A stretch of DNA of 62,599 bases, filler included, from Rhabdomonas costata (Eukaryota): NCBI GenBank assembly GCA_019059605.1. It is 41 parts of 41 records of this genome, joined end to end, with 100 filler letters (N's around TTAATTAATTAA, not from the genome) between each part and the next. Parts side by side here need not be neighbours in the genome. Positions count along the whole stretch, not along the records: positions 33,653 to 35,081 come from JAHMHO010016176.1; positions 35,182 to 36,610 come from JAHMHO010016177.1; positions 36,711 to 38,140 come from JAHMHO010016178.1; positions 38,241 to 39,669 come from JAHMHO010016179.1; positions 39,770 to 41,196 come from JAHMHO010016180.1; positions 41,297 to 42,725 come from JAHMHO010016181.1; positions 42,826 to 44,254 come from JAHMHO010016182.1; positions 44,355 to 45,782 come from JAHMHO010016183.1; 33 more parts are not named here. One strand, 5' to 3'. Within the stretch, counting starts at the first letter, position 1, and each line of letters starts with the position of its first letter. The translations under genes were made by a program, and so were the position numbers. The notes under the pieces are model-generated. The model was not told the DNA's origin and ran no database searches. It was given only the letters and a program-made list of their open reading frames with translations. Positions 34,077-47,209 of the stretch are shown here, one piece after another.

Positions 34077-35081
34077 GCGGTGGAGCTTCTGCAGCAGCTG
34101 GATCACCCCGCAGAGCTCCCGACGTGCCACCTGAACATCTGCGCGCTGTATTCCGAGATCGGGATGCACGCCGAGGCCCTGGCCCAGGCCTATCTCGCGC
34201 TGCAGGTCACAAAGAAGCTGATGGCCGCCCCGCCACAGTCGGAGTTGTCCCCCACAGCGGAGCCTCTCATAGGTGGAGCACAACACCTTCCTATTTACAT
34301 TCTTCTTTACATCGCCTGCATTCGTCTGACATCCTACTTCAGGGGTCGCATCCCTCACAATGAGATGGGTCCCAATTGGCTATAATGGTTCCACTGTATC
34401 CCTCTTTCCTTCCCGCGTCTATCCGTCCGCGTCTTCTCAGACCAGAAGCTGGTGGAGAGCGCCGTGGGGCTGGAGCTGCCCTTCGCTGAGCCCTGGGAGC
34501 AGGGTCGAAGGGAGACCCAGCTGGCCATCACCTATTACAATGTCGCCGTGGAGATGGAGCACCTCAAGCAGCCCGCTCACGTTGAGGTTTGCCGGAGGTC
34601 GGAAAACGTGGTGTGGGATTAAAGAAAAAGAAAGACACTGGGGTGGGGGGCTTTCGGACGATGTCCTGTTCCTCGCCCCGTCCCACTTTGATGGAGTGCT
34701 ACTCCTAGTTGAGGGACGAACCGAAGAGACCACCAGCCATATGCTCACACAGCTGGCTCATAGGGGGCATCACACTGGCAAATTTATTTGTGGGTGATGT
34801 CTCAGATTGCACCAAATGTAGCAAAGGCATACAGCTTCCTTCAGCTGTAAGTCTTTCTGTTCTGCCGCTGGACCGTGTTCCTTCGGGTTTGCTGTCCCCC
34901 ACTGTCAACTCTCTGCTTTCCATGTTTGGCTTCTATCCATGCGTCCGTGCAGGCCTTTCACACAGCTTACTTGGTGGCCAAGGAGAGCCTTGGGGCGGCC
35001 CACGCTCTCACGGGACAGTTCCGGCGAGTGTGGGGCCGGGCCCGTGCCGCGGCAGACCGCCTGCAGCAGTCCCCAACCACC
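34077..35081 (+). CDS. TPR-repeat protein fragment (3 exons)
   Basis: Exons 34077-34272, 34441-34586 and 34953-35081 give TCHLNICALYSEIGMHAEALAQAYLAL...LAITYYNVAVEMEHLKQ...AFHTAYLVAKESLGAAHALT, a protist TPR family pattern; all introns GT..AG with consistent phases. Confidence 0.8.
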
Positions 35082-35389
35082 NNNNNNNNNNNNNNNNNNN
35101 NNNNNNNNNNNNNNNNNNNNNNNNNTTAATTAATTAANNNNNNNNNNNNNNNNNNNNNNNNNNNNNNNNNNNNNNNNNNNNTTGTGTGTTTGGTTTGTGT
35201 GGTAAGCGAAAAAAAAACATGGCGTGAGGTTTCGGGTGGTCAAGTCTACCAGCATCGTTTTACACCTTACACAGAAAGAATGCATTGGACCCTATGAAAC
35301 CTGGGGCAACAAGGTTCAATAAAACGAAAATAAAATGTACTCTGGAATCCTTTGTCAGGGCAGATCTGGAGAGTTTAGCACACCCACGA

Positions 35390-36610
35390 AGTGAACGTCC
35401 ACGGCACCCCGGAGGGCAGCACTGGCGTTGGCAAACAAAAAGCTTGCGTTGAGAACGTCAATCGAGCTTTCGGGCAGTCCCGTGATTTGGGAAAGCTGCC
35501 CCTGCAGCCGGTCCGCCGCCCCACTGAGAGAGCGCACAGCCATAGGTTTGCCACGGGTTGCGAAACTGCGGCAGTCTCGACTATCAGTGTAGGTCTTTTA
35601 AAAAACTCCAAGCTCCAACAAAAGAGTCCTGTGTTCAGAGACCAGTGTTCCCGAAGCTCTCGCGTTATTTATTATGAGCACATCTCATCTCCACAGGGTC
35701 TCAGGAGGGGCCACTGCAGAGCGAAACACAAAGGAGGAGCCAGGTTCAACAGTTTTTTTTGTTTCGCGCGCGTTTGCGTGGGTGGAAACTCGAAAACAAC
35801 CACACTTCACAGAGACACACGGCACAGGGCGCCGCAATTAAACGTTTCCAACGCGCTTTGCTAGTGGCCAAAGTTCAAAACTATGCCGGTGGGCTCGGCA
35901 ACCAGAAAACTCCCCTGATGTGTCGCTTTTGCGGTGCGTACCCCTAGACCCCAGGCAACTGCTGTGCCTTCCTGTCGCACTTGGGCCACTTTTTCCCCTT
36001 TCCCCTTTCCTACGCTTTTCCAGTGGATCTATCCTTTGGGCTTTGCCGTGAAGAGAAGGCAATAGTGTACCCACATCCCCGTCAGCAAAGCTAACCAGCG
36101 AGCGGTTTACACTTGTGTTGTATTTCACCTCCTTCAACTCAAACGTCTCAAGAAACCTGAAATGGTCATGATATACACTACCATAGAAACGGATTTCGGT
36201 TCGCTGTTCAAATCCCTCTCATAATTTGTCTCAGCGTTTTCCTTGCAACCAAACGCTTCAGTTCGCAGGGCAAAGTTTTTGTTTGCAAGAACCTGTCCCA
36301 GGTCCGGAGATCGGCGCGGAACTGGAGGCGGAGCAGAGCTGTCATCAGGTCACAGAAGGCGCCGGTCCAGCCCAGGGCACACTGGTTGCAGGAGGGCCCT
36401 AGCCCAGCGCGAAGGAGACATGGAATCAGCACAAAGGCAACGACAAGCAAGATAAGGAGCAGAGGCACTTATATTTCACTTTTATTTCACTCTATTTTTC
36501 ACTTTTTCTATACCTTTACAGCACATGCTGACCGCACAGCTCGCTGACTGAAAAGCCACCAACGAATGGCAGCAGCCCGCCAAGTAGTGCGCTGGTGAGC
36601 CCAACCACCC
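35390..36610 (-). CDS. Putative cell-surface protein fragment with an EGF/laminin-like Cys motif
   Basis: The exon ending near 36513 joins an exon starting near 36399 to give CCK|GPSCNQCALGWTGAFCD; a further exon-like segment lies at about 35390-35580. Confidence 0.4.
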
Positions 36611-36710
36611 NNNNNNNNNNNNNNNNNNNNNNNNNNNNNNNNNNNNNNNNNNNNTTAATTAATTAANNNNNNNNNNNNNNNNNNNNNNNNNNNNNNNNNN
36701 NNNNNNNNNN

Positions 36711-37045
36711 GGTGGTGGTGGTACCAGATGGAGATGGCGAAATACCTCGCTGATAACAACGTCTTTGAGCCCGTAAGCATGACTTGGGAGGACGTTGTGA
36801 AGGAGGCGAAAGAGTTCAACGAGCGAGGTAAATTCACCACGGGAATCGGAATTGTATACAATTACGGCATCTTTAAGCCAACCAATTGGAGAAGGCTAAG
36901 ATCCTCAAGTAGGAGGAGGGGATCAAAGCTTTTTGTGGCATCGGCAGCGTAAATGCCTTCACACGGATGGTCCGAGACAACGCAGATGTTGTGCTCTAGA
37001 ACGAGAAAGATTCCTTCATCGGTCTATTTTCCCAATTAATTCGCT
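36711..37045 (+). mobile_element. Decayed, internally deleted Penelope-like reverse transcriptase fragment
   Basis: WYQMEMAKYLADNNVFEPVSMTWEDVVKEAKEFNERGKF..GIVYNYGIFKPT resembles the PLE pre-RT segment ending in Y...K.HK. After a frame change, GIKAFCGIGSVNAF...DSFIGLFSQL resembles 'G....W.I.N...F...DF..LY..L'. Intronless, with stops. Confidence 0.45.
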
Positions 37046-40000
37046 TACACTAGCAGATCATGCTGCCGTATTATCCAAGCTTTTCATTGGTAGGTCACAC
37101 AGGATCAACATGGCGCCGTCTATGTTTTGCGTCCTGGACCATCACTTGTCCCATTACTGCGGACAATGTCCAACTCTGGGTATTTTTTAGTATGAGTCGT
37201 CAATACGAGCTTGACTTTGTCATACTTCCATGTCCTTTGTGTCAAAGCTGTTTGTATTAGTGGATAATGTGCGCGCGTGTGCGCCCATGTTTATGCCCAG
37301 AGTTTCTGTGTGGTCTCTATTTTGTGGATTTCCGATTACGCATTAATCTTAAACGCTACTCCATGCGTGGAAGTCACCACACCATCGATCACACCATTTT
37401 CAGATTAAAAACAACATGAAACAAAAATCAGTTACTTGATTGTTATATAAAAAATCTCCATTTGCATTTCTTTAAGATCAATATTCTTTCATTTAACATT
37501 GTCATTGTACACAATGATAAACTATTGCCACTAAGCGCGTGTGTCTTGCCTATGTGTGTTAAGAGCATTGCGCGCTGGACGTTGCCTGGTTGCCTGGTTG
37601 CCTGGTTATTGGTGACCACTGTGGACTGACGGGAGCACGCGCTGTTGGCCACGGGTGCTCGCAAGAGGTGCCGTTGGAGCGAACGGTGCCGTGGGGAACC
37701 GGAACCGGCTCACCGCAGAACATTCCACATCTGGTAACCTCGATTCTTCCCCACGGATCCCGGGCCATTGTGGAGCAGCTGCTCTTTTCCAGTGGCCACC
37801 TGCATTGCTCCATTGCTGCTCCGGTCTCTGCGCCTACAAACTCCTTCCTTGGGTGGCTGGGGTCGTTTTCCTGTTGGAACGCCCCTTGGCGCTTTTCTTT
37901 CGGATGGGATGGGTGAACGGGAAGCAAACGGTATCTACACTCCTCCGGTAAATCGGTGTTGCCTCACTAGCTTTTTCCCGTTTTTTTTTGAAAAACAGTG
38001 TTCAGGATTCGTGTAATGTTCGATGGTCCGCTTGTACATTTGCGCACTGTGTCCGTCTCTACCTGTGGTTGTTTTAGGTGATCCTTCCTCGGGTGCACAA
38101 AGGAAGACCGTTGGAACTTTCATGCTATACTGTGCAAGCANNNNNNNNNNNNNNNNNNNNNNNNNNNNNNNNNNNNNNNNNNNNTTAATTAATTAANNNN
38201 NNNNNNNNNNNNNNNNNNNNNNNNNNNNNNNNNNNNNNNNGGTGTTTGTGTCTACGCTTACATTTGTGAATCACTTAGTTCTCCGCAACGAGGCCTCCTT
38301 CTCCCGCTGACCCAAGCCTCGTTGCGGAGAACTAAGTGATTCACAAATGTAAGCGTAGACACAAACATACACAAACAATGTCAGTCAACAGCCTACGCGC
38401 AATGCGCCCAACGCAACATACAGCTGTAGAGAGAGACATACTTCTGTAGCGTGTTGTGTGGACAAGGAGCTCGAGCAATCTGAGCAATCTGCCCTTCGGG
38501 TGCGGAGGTGCTGGGATGCGGTGACGCGGAGGACTCGCTCGTTCGTATAGGGGAAGATCAAAGGGGCAAGCTAAAGAAGAATGGAGAGAAGAGGAGAGTT
38601 CAAGCTTGACTTGAGTTCAGATGAGGCTTTTCCTGGGGCAACTAAATCTGCCGCTGCTGGAATTCCGTGGGATCGTCCCTTTCCCTCTTCTCTGAGCTCC
38701 GCGCTCGCAGCCTTGCCTAAGCTCGAGGGGTGGGGTTCTGTCAGACACTTTTTTTCACCCTTCGCCACCAAATCGTCCAAGTAACCCGCGTGTCTTTCCT
38801 TCGCCCGGAAAGCTCAATCCGCACCTCTCTCTCTCTCTCTCGTCTCCCGAAGAAGGTGACGAAGAAGGTGAGGGAACTGAACGGAAAGGCTTCGTCCGGA
38901 ACTTCCTTGACAATGCTTTGTGCAGGATGGAGGGAAGCCGGTGGGTTCTCTCCTGTTTTTGTAAGGCATGATTTGCTGTTGGGTTCCTGCCTGACACCAC
39001 CACCAAGGTTCAACGGGAACCGCATCAGACAAGTTTTGAGCCAAAACATGAAGGGAAGACGAAGATTTCGCTTTATTTTACCAAACACGGACCGAAACGA
39101 TGTTTGAGATTGTGGTAACAGGGGAAATGGGTTTGTGATCTTTGGCAGCACGAGGGTTTCCGAAGGAACTGAATTCATTTGATACTGCGCTGGGGTGAGA
39201 AGCACTTTCCCTGGACAAACGCACCACCTCCGCAAATGAAGAATGTTGGAAAACGGTGTGCAAATGTCAGCTTCAGCAGAACTTTTGTGAGATTAGGATC
39301 TGAAGGACAAAGGGTCTTGAAATTGCTGAAAGGAGAAAGGCGTGACCTTCTGCAATAACACTGTTGGTGGTGTCATTGCAGCCTACCTTGCGTTTCCAGA
39401 GGTTTCAAAACTGTGTGGATGTTTGGAACGGTGAGCCAGCGTCTTATGTTGACTGTATTGAAGTGTCCAGCTGATCAGGGGCCGAAGATTTGGGTTCGAC
39501 AAACTGGTGATTGCAGGAATTTGTTTCCCTCTTTTGCCAATGTCTTGCAGGGTTTTGGTTGTGGACGCGCTGTTGCGTCTCCCTACCTTTCTGAGACCAT
39601 CGCTACACCATGATAGGCGTTCCTTTTTCGCGGCTTTTCTCCCGCCAGCCCAAACCCCTGGTACCAACANNNNNNNNNNNNNNNNNNNNNNNNNNNNNNN
39701 NNNNNNNNNNNNNTTAATTAATTAANNNNNNNNNNNNNNNNNNNNNNNNNNNNNNNNNNNNNNNNNNNNTGTTGGGTGGGAGGAATGAGAGCGGGGAACG
39801 GTACAGCAGAGTCAAAGCAAAACAGCGAACTAGGGGAAAACAGACACAGTCAACTGAATCAAAGAAGAAAAAAACATGCAAAAGATAATGGTGGTGGCGG
39901 CAATCGTGATAGAAGGAGGGGGGCAGTGGTTTTCAATTCTTACGAGCAGCGCTAATAATGATTTGCACTACCCCTCAATGAATAACAATGTTAATCATCG

Positions 40001-40329
40001 CATTGAATCACTCATCCACGACCCGCGTGATTCGAGCCCACGTTGGGGATGTCAGAGGAATCCTACAGGTAGCTAGCGTTTGAGATCGATTTGCGGCCGG
40101 CAACAGCCTGTCCCCCAAAAGAGTTGCAACAGCGCAACAGTACGTACTCGTGCACCTGCAAGGCATCCCAACCTGCGGAAGGTGGCGTCCGCCCCAGAAA
40201 GTCGCTGGCAGGGGTGCGTTTGGGGGTTCAGCCGCGTCAGAAGCGAAGCAAAATACCGCTGCAAATACATGACCACAGCACTCCTCCCATGTAACCCAAG
40301 CAACGGGGGAGTAAAACCCATGCAAAAGA

Positions 40330-40960
40330 AAGATCACACTCAATTCCAATAGTTGTGAGGTTACCGCTAATGTGACATCCAAAAGCTGGCGCGGGGTGCC
40401 CTCGCACCTGTTCCAGACTGTGCCACAAAAGTCCGCCACATCGCATTCAATGGGGGCGGAACCGAAACAGTCGAGTTTCTAGAGATTCACGGGGGGCTTA
40501 GTCGTCGTCAATCTCCACAAGGCTCTCCTTGGGGTTGAACTGGGACTTCTCCGATAGCAAAGGGAATCGTGTGGTGGGAAGGAGGAATCTCTGGTACATC
40601 GGCAAGTCCGCCGCCTCGGCGTCACCACAGGCGGGCTCTGCGGAGCAATATGATTGAAAAGATCGATTGAAGCCAACCAGGCAGCCCCTACTAACACAAG
40701 GAATGCCGGTGGTATTGGAGCGTTGGGAGGGATGACGTTACCGGTCGCGTGTCTTCACGATATCCCGGAAAATGAGGTGTGAGGAGCCCGAAACCACTGA
40801 AATTTGCGAACCGATCCGGAGGGCATGTTTGGATGGCTGGAGGAAAGTTATCGTGGGCCAGTTGGCAATGACTTTAGTCATCTTTCTGGCATCCCCTGTC
40901 AAACAGGTGGTGTCATGCCAAAAAGAATTCACATTCGGTATTGTAAGACTCAAGTGCTAC
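40330..40960 (-). mobile_element. Decayed APE-type endonuclease of a LINE-like retrotransposon
   Basis: Ordered remnants SLTIPNVNS (NV.G motif), PTITFLQ (D...LQET) and SRGCLVGFNRSF (SRGVAIL), with stops and frameshifts. Confidence 0.4.
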
Positions 40961-41442
40961 CACAAAACCGTGGTATGACGAGAGTGATCAAGTGAGCGCA
41001 AGTAAGCGTCGAAGGAAAGCAGAAGTCCTTTCTCTTAAAATTAATTGGGGCTCACGGACAGATTTTTCGACACAAAAGAAGTCGTTTTGATGTCTGAAAA
41101 ATTGGTGAAGAACTGCCCACCAGAGACAAAAGCACGTCGTTGCTTCCCCTCGAGAGCGAGAGCGCGCATATGTGTGGAAAGCGTACCACAACAACCNNNN
41201 NNNNNNNNNNNNNNNNNNNNNNNNNNNNNNNNNNNNNNNNTTAATTAATTAANNNNNNNNNNNNNNNNNNNNNNNNNNNNNNNNNNNNNNNNNNNNTGGT
41301 GGGAAGGTGACTTGGGGGGGGGGGTTGACAACTCTTTGAAATATGCTCCCTTTGAAAGCATTGCTACCACTGGTAACCTTTGAATCCCAATAGGGGTTAA
41401 TGTTGAGGGCGAAGCTTCCGGCAAAGGGAACATAAACACACC

Positions 41443-42140
41443 TGTGTTGCTCGGGGGCCGCCGAGGTGGAGTGGGGCCTGAGTGAGGTGACCTCATCCTG
41501 CGGAGCCGCCGTGTTGCCCTGGCGGGGCAGAGGGGCAGAGGAGGACGAGCTGCCGCCATCGCCGCCCCCCGCTTTGGTCTTGGGGGCACCCCAAGGCTGC
41601 TCCACAGTGAGCTCCTCAAGCGGGGAGCTGAACGAAGACACCTTTTTTTTTTGCAAAGATGGGAAACCACAGGCATTGACCCCTGCAGGTGAACGCACAG
41701 CGCGCTGGGTGATGCTGTAACCTACACAAGCAAGTATCCACTTGGAACAGAACAGTGACCCCACGCACACAAGCAAAGATGCACACCCGGGACCCTGACC
41801 CACTGCTCCGCCGCAGCGGAAAAAGCCACCCCAGAACCCCGCGGCGCCGCTCCTGCCCATCCTCGTCACCCCCAACCGAGCCACTGCCGCGGCTGCTAGC
41901 CCCAATGTAGCCCCCCCGTTGGCGGCTGCCCCCACCGCCAACCCGAGCGCTGCTGCTGCTGCTGCTGGTACTGCTGCTGGTACTGCTGCTGTTGGTGTTG
42001 CCCGCGGTGCTGCCAGCTGTGCTCTTTGTGGTGGCATCGGGCGGAGGCAGAGGAGAGCCGGGGGACTGCTCAAAGTACTCCCGAAAGCTCTGCTCGGCAA
42101 CCGCCAGCTCGGTCTCCTGGCGATGCAGCAGGCTCTCCAG
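41443..42140 (-). CDS. Hypothetical low-complexity Ser/Gly-rich protein fragment (2 exons)
   Basis: AG/GT-bounded GC-rich open segments (LESLLHRQETELAVAEQSFREYFEQ... and ELTVEQPWGAPKTK...). Confidence 0.5.
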
Positions 42141-42825
42141 CTGCGGTGAAAGAGCGGGCTTGCCGGCGCCGGAGCTGGGCGCCCCCTTTCCCCTGAACAT
42201 TTCATCCATTCCTCTCGCAAACTCACATACACAGCGGACGTGTCCTCGCACAAGACAGCGAAGCCTCTAGAAAGTGTGTAAGGCGCAGGTGAACTTCAGC
42301 CCTGCAGAACACCTAAAAAGGCAGTGAAGGTGGGGACAGACAGGGTTGGCGTGTACGTGTGAGGGGAACCACACTCGTGACGGGGTAACGGACCTATCAC
42401 CACAAGACCCTTTCTGCGTCGATGCCCCCACCCCTTAACTCTGGGGAATTTCTGTTGAAATGCTGTATTTGAACAAACTGACTGTTACAGGTATCCGCAC
42501 AACAGCGCACTGAAAAAGCGACCGAATTTATCGCATGATTTTCTCACTCGCGTGACTTTAGTGGGTTTTAAAGAAAGTTTTCAGCTATTTCGGGGCATGA
42601 AAACGACTTTTGAGAGTCTCGCCTATGAAGTTCTGCGGCCACTTTTCGCAGAATTATTTTTCAGCATTTTAGCATTACCCGCACCACATATGTGCATAAA
42701 CTCCCCTTTCCATACCCCACCCAACNNNNNNNNNNNNNNNNNNNNNNNNNNNNNNNNNNNNNNNNNNNNTTAATTAATTAANNNNNNNNNNNNNNNNNNN
42801 NNNNNNNNNNNNNNNNNNNNNNNNN

Positions 42826-43197
42826 CGCCAGCACAATCACAACTTCGCGACGGGCAAGAAGGCTCACAGGGCTGCACCACCACCGCCCGTCCGAAAGCGT
42901 CCCGCAGGAGTGGCTCTGGATAGCTTGATCAAGCTCAAATCTCATCACCGGACAAACCACATCCGCAATCACAACCAGGTATGCAACAAGGGTTCCCCAC
43001 AGGTCAATCCCATTCACGATCAACACTGCCCACTTCCCCGCCACCCCGTACGCGCACTGCCCCAGCTCCGGGTAGTCAAACTCCAGCGCATGGAATCCAG
43101 GGTAGCCCAGCCGCACCGCCTCAAAACTCCACACCAAGAGCATGATGGTGTAGCTGTTCAGCGCGGCAAAGGCAGCAATAAATCCCAGGAAGGGAAC
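42826..43197 (-). CDS. Amino acid/auxin permease (AAAP/SLC38-like) exon
   Basis: After a CAG acceptor: FAALNSYTIMLLV...DYPELGQCAYGVAGKWAV......LWGTLVAYLVVIADVV, the Aa_trans TM2-TM3 pattern (Y..LG..A.G..G; G..VAYL..I.D). Confidence 0.85.
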
Positions 43198-46100
43198 CTG
43201 TGCAAAAGAAAAAATGAACCTGCCTAGTTCCGGGGAAAGATGACTCCAACTCTTCCAAAAGAACCGTTTCTTCTTTCTAACCCAAATCAAAAAAATACCC
43301 AGAAAGTAAGAGGGAGCAAACCTGGGGCGCATGGGGATCCTAGTAATGTGGTGTGCAAGCATTGAAAGACTTGAAAGACTCAGCCGACCTCATGACCGAA
43401 GGCATTGTGGCCGTAGTGGGCTCTGTTTCTGTCAGTGAACAACTGAAAGTTGGGTGAGAGAGTGTACTGGACTGAGGAGATGAAAACCATCTTTTTTTTT
43501 ACTGTCACTGTACCCGAGGTCGTGGTTTGTAGTTGTTAGCTGTTGGTAGTGCTTGTTTTCGAGGTTCGGTGCTGTTTTTTTGTGCAGGCGGGCTGCCTCT
43601 GGCCATCTGGGGACCCCGGTGAAGGGCACCACCTGTATGCCTTTCCGGCTTCACACCTTTTTCCTCATTTCACTTCCGTTAAGCCACCTCCGCGTCATAA
43701 CGCACGAAGTCCTATGTGGCATGTATTGAGCTCTCACCTCCAAGCTTGGCAACGTCCTTTGTTCTTAAATTTCGAAAAGTTTTCTATTGGTTCCCTTTCT
43801 TCCTCAGTTCTGCTCTCCCCGACGGGACGCACGACGAAGGCTCGTTTGACCTCTCGCCGCGCTGAGCCCACTCTTGTGCTGACTCATCCCAGCCCCAGCA
43901 ATGCAATCTCCAGCCCGGCCCGTGTGGCCCCGACAAGCCCTCCCAGCGGCCATCCCTCGCCCTTGGCGAGCTCAGAGGCTGTTGGCCCTGGAGGTGACGG
44001 CGCGGGTGGTGCACCGGAAATATCCTCTGCACCGGACGGGTACGCACAGAGGGGTAAGGTCTTCTGGGCTGCTCCTTTGCTCCTTCATATTGCGATTGCA
44101 AGGGTAGCACTAATCTCAACATTGAATGTGCCCCAAAACGAAGTACCCCTCAATTTAATGTCACCCGATTCAAAGTTCGATTTGTTTCTCTTTGGGCGGA
44201 GAGGCCAAAAATTATCAAAGCGAAATTCAATCTCATCCAAAGTTCCCAACACAANNNNNNNNNNNNNNNNNNNNNNNNNNNNNNNNNNNNNNNNNNNNTT
44301 AATTAATTAANNNNNNNNNNNNNNNNNNNNNNNNNNNNNNNNNNNNNNNNNNNNTGTTTTGTGTGATAAAGTTAATGCAATTTCACTGCACCCACTCATT
44401 CTTTATGTCTTCCTCCTCTTTCGCTCACCAGTGAAATTGCATTAACTTTATCACCCAAATCCCTCCATCCGCTTACGCTCCTCTCTTCCTCGAACGGGCG
44501 GCATTCCTGAGGCCTCCACAAATTCATTTGGGCATTTCGTTCGGAACATTGACGTGGTACTGTACCCCTTTTCCATGAATAAAAGAAGGGTGTCCGTGAA
44601 AAAGAATAGCAGCAGCACACGTAGCCCTTGTCTTGGGACTGAAAGTGCACACTTGCAACGAATCCTTCACCAGAACAACGAGAACAGACGTCTCATTACA
44701 AGACTGAGGTCACCCATTAAGCTGGAATAGCCGCATTAGGCTCGACAAATAGTGACTTGTGACTTGTTTTTCTGGATACCTGCCCCCCCAAAAAAATACA
44801 GGCAAAAAAGGCATGTTGAAACCAGCATTCTGTGCATACTCTGGATGTACCAGAGCCTTCCGGAGAAAGATGGGGCCTGGGAGGCACACTTGCAGTCGGC
44901 TGACGGACGGAGCTGGCCACGGGTGGCATCCGAGTGAGGCGGAGGAGTTCCGCCAAAAACATCCCGAGTCGCGGCAGTGACAGCCCTTTGAGGGACAGGG
45001 TCATCCCCTTGAAAAAACGGACACGATGGCAAAGCTGATGAGGAAGACATATAATTTGCACCCCAAACCCCCCATTTTATGACGCGTGAACCTCTGTTGG
45101 TAGAGTGGTTCAGGTTGGGGGGGGGGTGACGATTACGACTGCTAACCGTTTCCGATGGAAACAGAAATCTGTCTGTAACACTTGCTGAATTACCTTGGGT
45201 CAGATAAAACAAAACAGGACCTTCGAAATGACTTTTCGGGACAAAGGTAAACTTTCTTTCCCTGCCCTGGATGAGTGGTTTTGTACTGCCGCTCAAAATT
45301 GCTGCTGGCAAGGACTAGTCAATGACGCGCAGGAATGGGCGGAGGAGTAGAACAGCAATAGAGCGGGGCGAAGGCAGGCGACATAAGGATTCAGCAGCTG
45401 CATAGAAAGCAATAAGAATGTGTAGGGGAAGAAGGCATCACTTGCCTCGCTTTTCTCAACAACGCACCTGTCACATGGTACAACATTGCAGAGATGGGCC
45501 CAGCGGGCCCTCACACAAAACACCAAAACGGAGAAGAAAACCCCGAAAAAAGCAGAGTATTCTGCGGGAAACAAACGCAACGGTTGCAACCGCTTGCAGC
45601 TTTGATTGAACCGCAGTGCAGTGGCGTCTTCATTTTCACCGCACCACCATCTGTCTCTTTGCATTGATCGAAACAAAGCAATTGCAATCAGGGATGCCCC
45701 AAAATTGTATCAATGCCAACACAGTGGCACACCAACAAACAACAACTGCAATGTCAGAGAGAGAATAGGAAAAAACCCAAAANNNNNNNNNNNNNNNNNN
45801 NNNNNNNNNNNNNNNNNNNNNNNNNNTTAATTAATTAANNNNNNNNNNNNNNNNNNNNNNNNNNNNNNNNNNNNNNNNNNNNTGTTTTTGGGTGCACTAG
45901 AAAGTTCTGGAAAAGATAAGAAAGTGGCTTTAAGTCACCTTGGAAAGGTGACAGGCATCCCTCATCCCGATCATTCTCTCCGGGATCCACAACTCGTAGT
46001 GTGACTTCTCCAGAACAACTTCCAACCTCCGCGGCACCGAAAAAAAACGAAGTCAAACGGCACAAGAAATGAAAAGGTTTCGAATGAGCTTGGAAAGGGG

Positions 46101-47027
46101 ACAAACATCCCTCATCACTGTCCTCTCCAGGACAGGCCCGGTAATTGCCAAGCCGCCCCCAAAAAGAGCTCAAGGAGTTTTGGAGTTGAATGCAACAGGG
46201 GCGTTCGCCCCGGGTGCGGAGCGACTGGGACGACTGGAGAAATGGGCGAAGGTCGCCTGACGACCACCCAGTGGATTTTTTCGGAAGCGCTAATTAGGCT
46301 AAGAAACTCGGCGGCATAAAGAGCGCCTGAAAGAGCAGAACCAAAAGGGGCCAGGAGGGCTGTACCAAAATTCTCATACAAACCCCACAACTGGCCAGAG
46401 GTTTGCCGTTCTAACTTATTGGGAAACAACCAGGCTGGCCACAATCTTCCCCCTTTGTCCATAGCCAGCGGCACCGAAAGAATCGTGACAAGACCAAAGG
46501 AAGCATACCGCGAAAACTGCCTAAAACTATCAAGCCAGACCGTACTGCGAACGTGATGTATCATTATCGTGCGCAGGTGAGAAAAAAACGCCCTGGGCAA
46601 CGGAAGGAGGCGCGAAACGTCGCAAAAGACCCAAAACTTGCGCAAACACAGCCATCACCAGAAAAAAACACGCCTTGCCTTGCCTTGAGAGGAGGGAACC
46701 GGGTGTGGGCTCAGGCAAAACCCGAAAAACCACTGTTGGACCCCGTTCTCCGAACTCTCGCGCGCCAAAAGGCCATCCGAAAAGGGAAATGCGGAACGTC
46801 CTTCTGAGTAAAAAGGATGTGGAAGGAAGGGCTAGCATCACGGGGTTCAAAAGCACGAAAACCCGACGGGGGGAGCGGAGCGGATCAGCCTGCCGAAGTT
46901 TCGCAACGAGTCAGGCTCTAATAATTCGCATCCTTCGTCCTTGGACCAGCGTCCAGTTTTGCAAGTACCCCGCGAACCGTGCACTGGCCTCAACCAGAGC
47001 GCTCTGGAGGCGTTCGGCTTCCACAGC

Positions 47028-47209
47028 TCAAAGCAAGGGCTTGCCTGTGCGTGCGCAGATGACCTTCTGAAAGAACTCCACAGGGACCATACCCTCCGCG
47101 TTACCCGGGGTGAGCAAAACGTTGTTTCGGCTGCGCAGCAGCGGAAACCCCGCGGCAAGCAGCTTTGCCACATCCAGGTAGATCCAAACCTCCGCGCCTC
47201 GGCGCATCC
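47028..47209 (-). CDS. TPT1: tRNA 2'-phosphotransferase Tpt1/KptA, terminal exon
   Basis: GMRRGAEVWIYLDVAKLLAAGFPLLRSRNNVLLTPGNAEGMVPVEFFQKV matches the eukaryotic Tpt1 C-terminus (GMR..E..IY.D......G..F..S.N.V.LT.G..G..P..F). Confidence 0.88.
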
